Source: Nitrospirota bacterium (GTDB lineage: Bacteria; Nitrospirota; Thermodesulfovibrionia; Thermodesulfovibrionales; Dissulfurispiraceae). From it: a stretch of DNA of 13,677 bases. Below are positions 9,931 through 13,677 of the stretch, in pieces; within the stretch, counting starts at the first letter, position 1, and every line of letters begins with the position of its first letter. Location: assembly GCA_040758355.1 (NCBI GenBank), contig JBFLWF010000047.1, positions 1-13,677 of the forward strand, given 5' to 3'. Under the pieces are notes generated by a model. The model was not told the DNA's origin and ran no database searches. It was given only the letters and a program-made list of their open reading frames with translations. The position numbers and the translations under genes were made by a program.

Positions 9931-10137
9931 AAATTGAGCGCTTTTGTAAGGCAGGCACTGCTGCAAGACTTTAAAAAGTCCCCGTTCATGTGCATATGAG
10001 AAATTATAGATGCATCATCTATCAAGTATCCAATGTAGTAGATGACGGATACAAGATAAAAGTTTACACAAGTGCGGAGTTTAAAGTCTTTCCGCAGCAC
10101 CTGCCTTACAAATCTGAATATAAAAACCGCTCAACTT
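9931..10137. ncRNA. Rod-like structured element E1 (candidate ncRNA/cis-regulatory RNA or miniature inverted-repeat element); minus strand favoured
   Basis: Nested inverted repeats: TTGAGCG 9934-9940/CGCTCAA 10128-10134; TTTGTAAGGCAGG 9943-9955/CCTGCCTTACAAA 10100-10112; TGCTGC/GCAGCA; AAGACTTTAAA/TTTAAAGTCTT. Further inner stems pair via G-U only on the minus strand. Homologous to 13204-13413. Confidence 0.6.
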
Positions 10138-10168
10138 GGATAAGGCGGGATTGTCTCCCGCCTTATCC
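10138..10168. terminator. Perfect 13-bp GC-rich hairpin downstream of the glutamate-synthase-family gene (terminator or mRNA-stabilising stem-loop)
   Basis: GGATAAGGCGGGA-ttgtc-TCCCGCCTTATCC, 7 nt from the stop codon at 10176. A T-rich tail (tctttattt) follows on the plus strand only. Confidence 0.6.
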
Positions 10169-10175
10169 TCTTTAT

Positions 10176-11750
10176 TTAGTCAAACAGTATCTTCTCTGCC
10201 TCTTCCATGTCTGCTTCCATCACATAGGGTATCCCTGTCACCTCTGCTGCCTCTTTGGTCAGAGAGACAAGATCGTCCCTGTCGAGATGCTTGATTGCGA
10301 ACTTCCTTGCTCCTGCCATGAGCTGCTGGAGTCCGAGTTTGAGCCTGTCCGCGAATGTGTACATGGCAACTGCTCCCCACGGCAGTTTTTCAAAATCCTT
10401 ACCGAATTTGTTTTTAAGCACTTCTGTGGTTATAAATATCCTCTCCGGCACATCACCGTATTTTTTAACCTCTGTGGGCAGTTTGTCCTCCTGCGCCCAT
10501 TTCTGTATGTTCTTGCCCACAAATGCAGGAATCATGAGCGCCCTTCCCATGCACACTGCCTTGAAGAACGGTGCGCCCATTGCCAGTGCCTTGAATATAT
10601 GGTCTTCGAGGGAGAATCCTCCTGCTATGGCGAGGTCAGGGACATATTTGCCCTTTGCCTTTAACTGTGATGCAAACTGATAAGCGATAGACTGCAGATA
10701 GATTGTAGGGATTCCCCATTCGTTCATCATCCTCCACGGGCTCATTCCTGTGCCGCCGCCTGCACCGTCAATGGTTACAAAATCAACGCCTGCATCAGAT
10801 GCGAACCTCAATGCCCTGGCAAGGTCGGTGATCCTGTATGCACCTGTTTTAAGAGACACAAACTTTGCGCCCGCGTCCCTGTAGTGCTTTACTGCCTTTA
10901 CAAAACCCTCATGCTCAACCATGCCGAGCCTTGAGTGCCTTTCGAACTCCTTGAATTCTCCTTCCTGAAATGCCTTCTGGTTTGTGGGATTTTCAGGGTC
11001 AGGGAGCACAATATACCCCTTCTTCTTTAGTTCCAATGCCCTTTCGAGTGTCTTGAGTTTCACCTCTCCGCCGATGTCCTTTGCACCCTGCCCCCATTTA
11101 AGCTCTATGCAGTTTACTCCCAATTTTTCTATGGCATACTCGGCAGAGCCAAGCCTTGTGTCTTCAACATTTTGCTGGAGGATTATTTCTCCGTAGCCAT
11201 TGTACCACTCTTTAAAACACTTGACCCTCCTTTCAAGTTCCGGAGACTTTGTTACCCTGCCTTTTTTAAATTCAGAATTAGTGTCCATCCCGACAACATT
11301 CTCTCCGATAACCACCATAATCCCTGAAATTGCAGCGCCTATGGCAAGCCCTTCCCAATTGTCCTTTGCTATATCGGTTGAGCCCAATGCCCCTGTAAAA
11401 ACAGGCAGGTTGAGCTTCACCTTATGCTTGTTTCCTATCTCTGTTTCTGTGGAAACAACAGGGAATATTGCCTTGTCAGGGTCAGCTTCAACTCCAACAG
11501 CGCCAACACATGTACCCTGAATATTGATGTGCGAATAATCTACCGGATATTTTTTAGTTGCCCCGGCTGTTATTTTTCCGAAGGGCATGGGATATATAAC
11601 CTCTCTGCCCCTGTATGATGATTTTCCGACCTCGCATGGACCGGGACATCCGTCAAGACATACAGAGCATATGCCTGAATACGGCGCCGGATCCGGGACC
11701 CTGTTCCTTGTCCCTGTTGCTGAACTTGCATTTGGTTGACCTTGATGCAT
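10176..11750 (-). CDS. Stand-alone FMN-binding glutamate synthase family protein with N-terminal Cys cluster
   Basis: FMN-barrel motifs IELKWGQGAKDIGGE, VSLKTGAY, VTIDGAGGGTGMSP, LAIAGG, FKALAMGA. N-terminal CSVCLDGCPGPC. SD GGAGG at 11757-11761. No glutamine amidotransferase domain. Confidence 0.9.
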   Translation of the reverse strand: MHQGQPNASSATGTRNRVPDPAPYSGICSVCLDGCPGPCEVGKSSYRGREVIYPMPFGKITAGATKKYPVDYSHINIQGTCVGAVGVEADPDKAIFPVVSTETEIGNKHKVKLNLPVFTGALGSTDIAKDNWEGLAIGAAISGIMVVIGENVVGMDTNSEFKKGRVTKSPELERRVKCFKEWYNGYGEIILQQNVEDTRLGSAEYAIEKLGVNCIELKWGQGAKDIGGEVKLKTLERALELKKKGYIVLPDPENPTNQKAFQEGEFKEFERHSRLGMVEHEGFVKAVKHYRDAGAKFVSLKTGAYRITDLARALRFASDAGVDFVTIDGAGGGTGMSPWRMMNEWGIPTIYLQSIAYQFASQLKAKGKYVPDLAIAGGFSLEDHIFKALAMGAPFFKAVCMGRALMIPAFVGKNIQKWAQEDKLPTEVKKYGDVPERIFITTEVLKNKFGKDFEKLPWGAVAMYTFADRLKLGLQQLMAGARKFAIKHLDRDDLVSLTKEAAEVTGIPYVMEADMEEAEKILFD

Positions 11751-11815
11751 AAAAGACCTCCAATAAGCAATACTTAATTCTTCTGGGCTTGAATTCAGTA
11801 TTAATAACCCAAAAG

Positions 11816-11845
11816 GGCAAAAAAATACCTAAGGTATTTTTTGCC
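11816..11845. promoter_or_regulatory. 30-bp near-perfect palindrome (operator or terminator) between the XRE regulator and the glutamate-synthase-family gene
   Basis: GGCAAAAAAATACC-taa-GGTATTTTTTGCC with one unpaired A, 30 nt after the XRE stop. Followed by CTTTT on the minus strand. Confidence 0.5.
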
Positions 11846-11875
11846 GGAATTCAGATGTTAAAATTTCATTTTCCT

Positions 11876-13135
11876 TTACTGCCATATTACCAGTATCTCT
11901 GCGTCATCACCTCCTTCATTCTTCCACCCTGATGGAAAGGATTCCTTCAGATAGAGACTATCTCCTGAACTTAACCTTTCAGTCCTGCCGTCAAAGGTTA
12001 TCGAAAGGTCTCCCTTCAGGATATGTATAAACTCGGGTGTTCTGCGATAAAAAAAATGCCTGCTTAATGCTTTATGAGCAGGGAAAAGAATCAGCATTGC
12101 AGAAAGCTTTTCTTCGGAGACTATGCGGTACATTTTTACACCATCTTCCACATTTGCAGGAACAGAAACAACCGTCCCTTTCTTAAAAAACCACTGTCTT
12201 ATATCAGGAGTCTTTTCTTCAAGAAAATCACCCGGCCTTACACCAAGGGCATTGCATATCTGCAGAAAGGAACTGAGAGAGGGGCTTATCTGATTATTCT
12301 CCAATTGAGAGATAAAACTGGGCGTAAGCTCAACCTTATCTGCAATATCCTTCTGGCTCATTCCCCTTGACATTCTTAATTCCTTTATTTTGGTTCCGAT
12401 ATCTGTAACCGGTTCTTTTTTAGGCAATGTTATTACAACACCCATGTCAGCAATCTCGTAAAGATGGGGCTTGAACGCATCCCTATTATGCCTGCCGGTA
12501 AGTTTCAATGCCTTTATGTACAGGTTCTCTCTCCTTTTGTACACGTCAAATACAACCTGTGTGATATGTCTGAGGTTTGCCTTGAATTTCTGGCTGTGGG
12601 CATCCTTTTCCAGTATCCAGTAAGCGACTGTATCGAGGTCGTAGAGACGCGGACACATATATGTAAAAAACTTGTATGTATCGTTTTCATCCTCCCAGAG
12701 ATCCTGCATTCCTGTCAGGCTGTCGAATACATATCTTGCTCCGGGGGAAAGGCTGTCCTCTATGGAATTGAGGGCAGATGTGAACTCATCGATATTCCTC
12801 GGATTGGTTATCCTTACGACATTGATATCTTTCGATGACTCGTAGAATCTTAAAAACGTATTATCATTTTTCCCCTTGCCAGATGTGAAGCAATCGATAA
12901 GAATAAAATGCTCAGGAATAAGAAAGCTGTCGAGTTCATGGAGAACGCTCTGCGGAGACCTGTTGAAGCTCACATAAATTACCTTTTGTGAATCATTGAT
13001 GGAACGAATGATGAAGTTCTTTATAAAGATATCATAAGATGTTCCTGCATCGACCTCCCAGACAACATTATCCCCTATGTACAGGGAATCGATAAGCCTG
13101 TCCAGATCGCTTATGCCGGATGATATTTTGCTCAT
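11876..13135 (-). CDS. Transcriptional regulator: degenerate KaiC/RecA-like N-terminal domain + XRE (HTH_3) domain + C-terminal cupin
   Basis: N-terminus ISSGISDLDRLI...YVSF...YVFDSLT (Walker B-like) without an intact Walker A. HTH IGTKIKELR..GMSQKDIADKVELTPSFISQLENNQISPSL. Cupin EFIHILKGDL...LSSGDSLYL...WKNEG. Confidence 0.88.
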   Translation of the reverse strand: MSKISSGISDLDRLIDSLYIGDNVVWEVDAGTSYDIFIKNFIIRSINDSQKVIYVSFNRSPQSVLHELDSFLIPEHFILIDCFTSGKGKNDNTFLRFYESSKDINVVRITNPRNIDEFTSALNSIEDSLSPGARYVFDSLTGMQDLWEDENDTYKFFTYMCPRLYDLDTVAYWILEKDAHSQKFKANLRHITQVVFDVYKRRENLYIKALKLTGRHNRDAFKPHLYEIADMGVVITLPKKEPVTDIGTKIKELRMSRGMSQKDIADKVELTPSFISQLENNQISPSLSSFLQICNALGVRPGDFLEEKTPDIRQWFFKKGTVVSVPANVEDGVKMYRIVSEEKLSAMLILFPAHKALSRHFFYRRTPEFIHILKGDLSITFDGRTERLSSGDSLYLKESFPSGWKNEGGDDAEILVIWQ

Positions 13136-13159
13136 GGTAAACGGTTGCCTTTTGGCATA

Positions 13160-13189
13160 ACTTTATACGATATAAAAAATCCTTGTCAA
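13160..13189 (-). promoter_or_regulatory. Sigma70-type promoter for the XRE regulator (TTGACA with TATAAA at N16 or TAAAGT at N18)
   Basis: Plus-strand tgtcaa at 13184-13189; tttata at 13162-13167 or acttta at 13160-13165. A small dyad TGCC-N4-GGCA (13146-13157) lies just downstream. Confidence 0.6.
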
Positions 13190-13203
13190 GAACGATGACA
13201 GTG

Positions 13204-13413
13204 CCATAATCCGTAAGCATGGATAGCAGGTATGCTCTCAAAGCCTTAAATAATGCGATGAGAAACCGTATTGCCTGTTTTTCTGCTGAATGTAAAAAGT
13301 GATACTGAAGTTGCCCTTAAACAGCGGGAGGGTTCGGCTCTAAGGTATCGCTATTTAAGGCTTTTCGGCACACCTGCTATCCATATATCAGAAAGTTTCA
13401 TTACGGTTTATGG
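13204..13413. ncRNA. Rod-like structured element E2, homologous to E1
   Basis: Nested inverted repeats: CCATAA-t-CCGTAA 13204-13216/TTACGG-t-TTATGG 13401-13413; ATGGATAGCAGGT 13219-13231/ACCTGCTATCCAT 13372-13384; AAAGCCTTAAATA/TATTTAAGGCTTT; GCGAT/ATCGC; AACC/GGTT; CTGTTT/AAACAG. Confidence 0.6.
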
Positions 13414-13428
13414 ACAGCAAGGCCTCAG

Positions 13429-13458
13429 TTGACAAAGAATATCCGCACTTTTTACAAT
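13429..13458 (+). promoter_or_regulatory. Near-consensus sigma70 promoter TTGACA-N18-TACAAT pointing toward the right window edge
   Basis: TTGACA at 13429-13434, TACAAT at 13453-13458. Confidence 0.7.
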
Positions 13459-13491
13459 AAACGAGTTTAGACGGCAAACGGTTACCGTTTT

Positions 13492-13526
13492 AGCGTCTGA
13501 TACCGCATGGTATAGACGCTTTTTTT
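13492..13526 (+). terminator. Intrinsic terminator ~30 nt after the predicted start site (leader attenuator or end of a ~60-nt sRNA)
   Basis: AGCGTCT-g-ATACC-gcat-GGTAT-AGACGCT followed by TTTTTT. Confidence 0.75.
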
Positions 13527-13677
13527 GCCTGCCTAAATATATTATAAAAATAGGCTCATCGTGGAAGAGAGTGGGTAAACCGATGGACTTGAAGCGGTAT
13601 AACATGGCTTCAAATAATGGGGAAAGAGCTTTCAAAGGGGCGAGAAAATCCGTATGATTACCGTATGGGAAAAAATA

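Noticed and set aside
10015..10071. Minus-strand 18-aa ORF MCKLLSCIRHLLHWILDR inside E1 as a type I toxin
   Set aside because: It has a TTG start, no SD and no equivalent peptide in E2. The plus-strand 27-aa ORF in E2 (from 13219) is likewise not conserved in E1.
9918..10100. 61-codon in-frame N-terminal extension of NrpR given in the ORF track (GTG at 10100)
   Set aside because: The wHTH begins right after ATG 9917, which has a well-spaced AGGAG. The extension runs through E1, has a poor SD and has no counterpart in E2.
9931..10137. E1/E2 as retron msr-msd, integron attC sites, CRISPR repeats or SRP RNA
   Set aside because: No reverse transcriptase, integrase or cas gene is in the window. 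The GTTRRRY/RYYYAAC boxes are in the wrong order for attC, there is no repeat-spacer periodicity, and no SRP helix-8 motif is present.
10138..10168. Resemblance of GGATAAGGCG...CGCCTTATCC to enterobacterial REP sequences
   Set aside because: It is a single copy, lacks REP flanks, and is adequately explained as a terminator-like hairpin.
13132..13158. 8-codon uORF (MPKGNRLP) whose stop overlaps the XRE start codon (ATGA)
   Set aside because: Its ATG is only 1-3 nt from the predicted -10 box, so it is probably not within the transcript.
13473..13500. GGCAAAC as the start of a c-di-GMP-I riboswitch
   Set aside because: It lacks the GNRA-capped P2 and the downstream GACGCAAA and receptor helix.
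13408..13635. 75-aa minus-strand ORF from the track
   Set aside because: It has no recognisable motif and overlaps a well-formed plus-strand promoter and terminator.
13654..13677. Possible start of the next plus-strand gene (ATG at 13654 or 13665)
   Set aside because: Too little sequence remains to support a call.

Overview
A 13.7 kb bacterial chromosomal segment. The gene content and style suggest an anaerobic Nitrospirota/Thermodesulfovibrionia-like or deltaproteobacteria-like organism (inference only). At the left end is a minus-strand gene missing from the ORF track because it runs off the window: a lipoprotein with ankyrin, TPR, PDZ and caspase (peptidase C14) domains. It is divergent from a class A penicillin-binding protein (PBP1A). 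The rest is a minus-strand run centred on nitrogen assimilation. In transcription order it contains a degenerate KaiC/RecA-like + XRE-HTH + cupin regulator, a stand-alone FMN-binding glutamate-synthase-family protein, an overlapping nrpR-glnB-glnA operon, a DHH-CBS tRNA nucleotidyltransferase and a MerR regulator with a Cys-rich double-CW tail. The main unexplained signal is a pair of homologous ~200-nt rod-like inverted-repeat elements (9931-10137 and 13204-13413). They share a GCAGG...CCTGC core of 154 and 152 nt, an asymmetric 2 x 15-16 nt internal loop and compensatory stem changes, and each lies upstream of a regulator gene. A promoter followed by a terminator/antiterminator switch sits at the right end. 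All structures were folded by eye and no searches were run.
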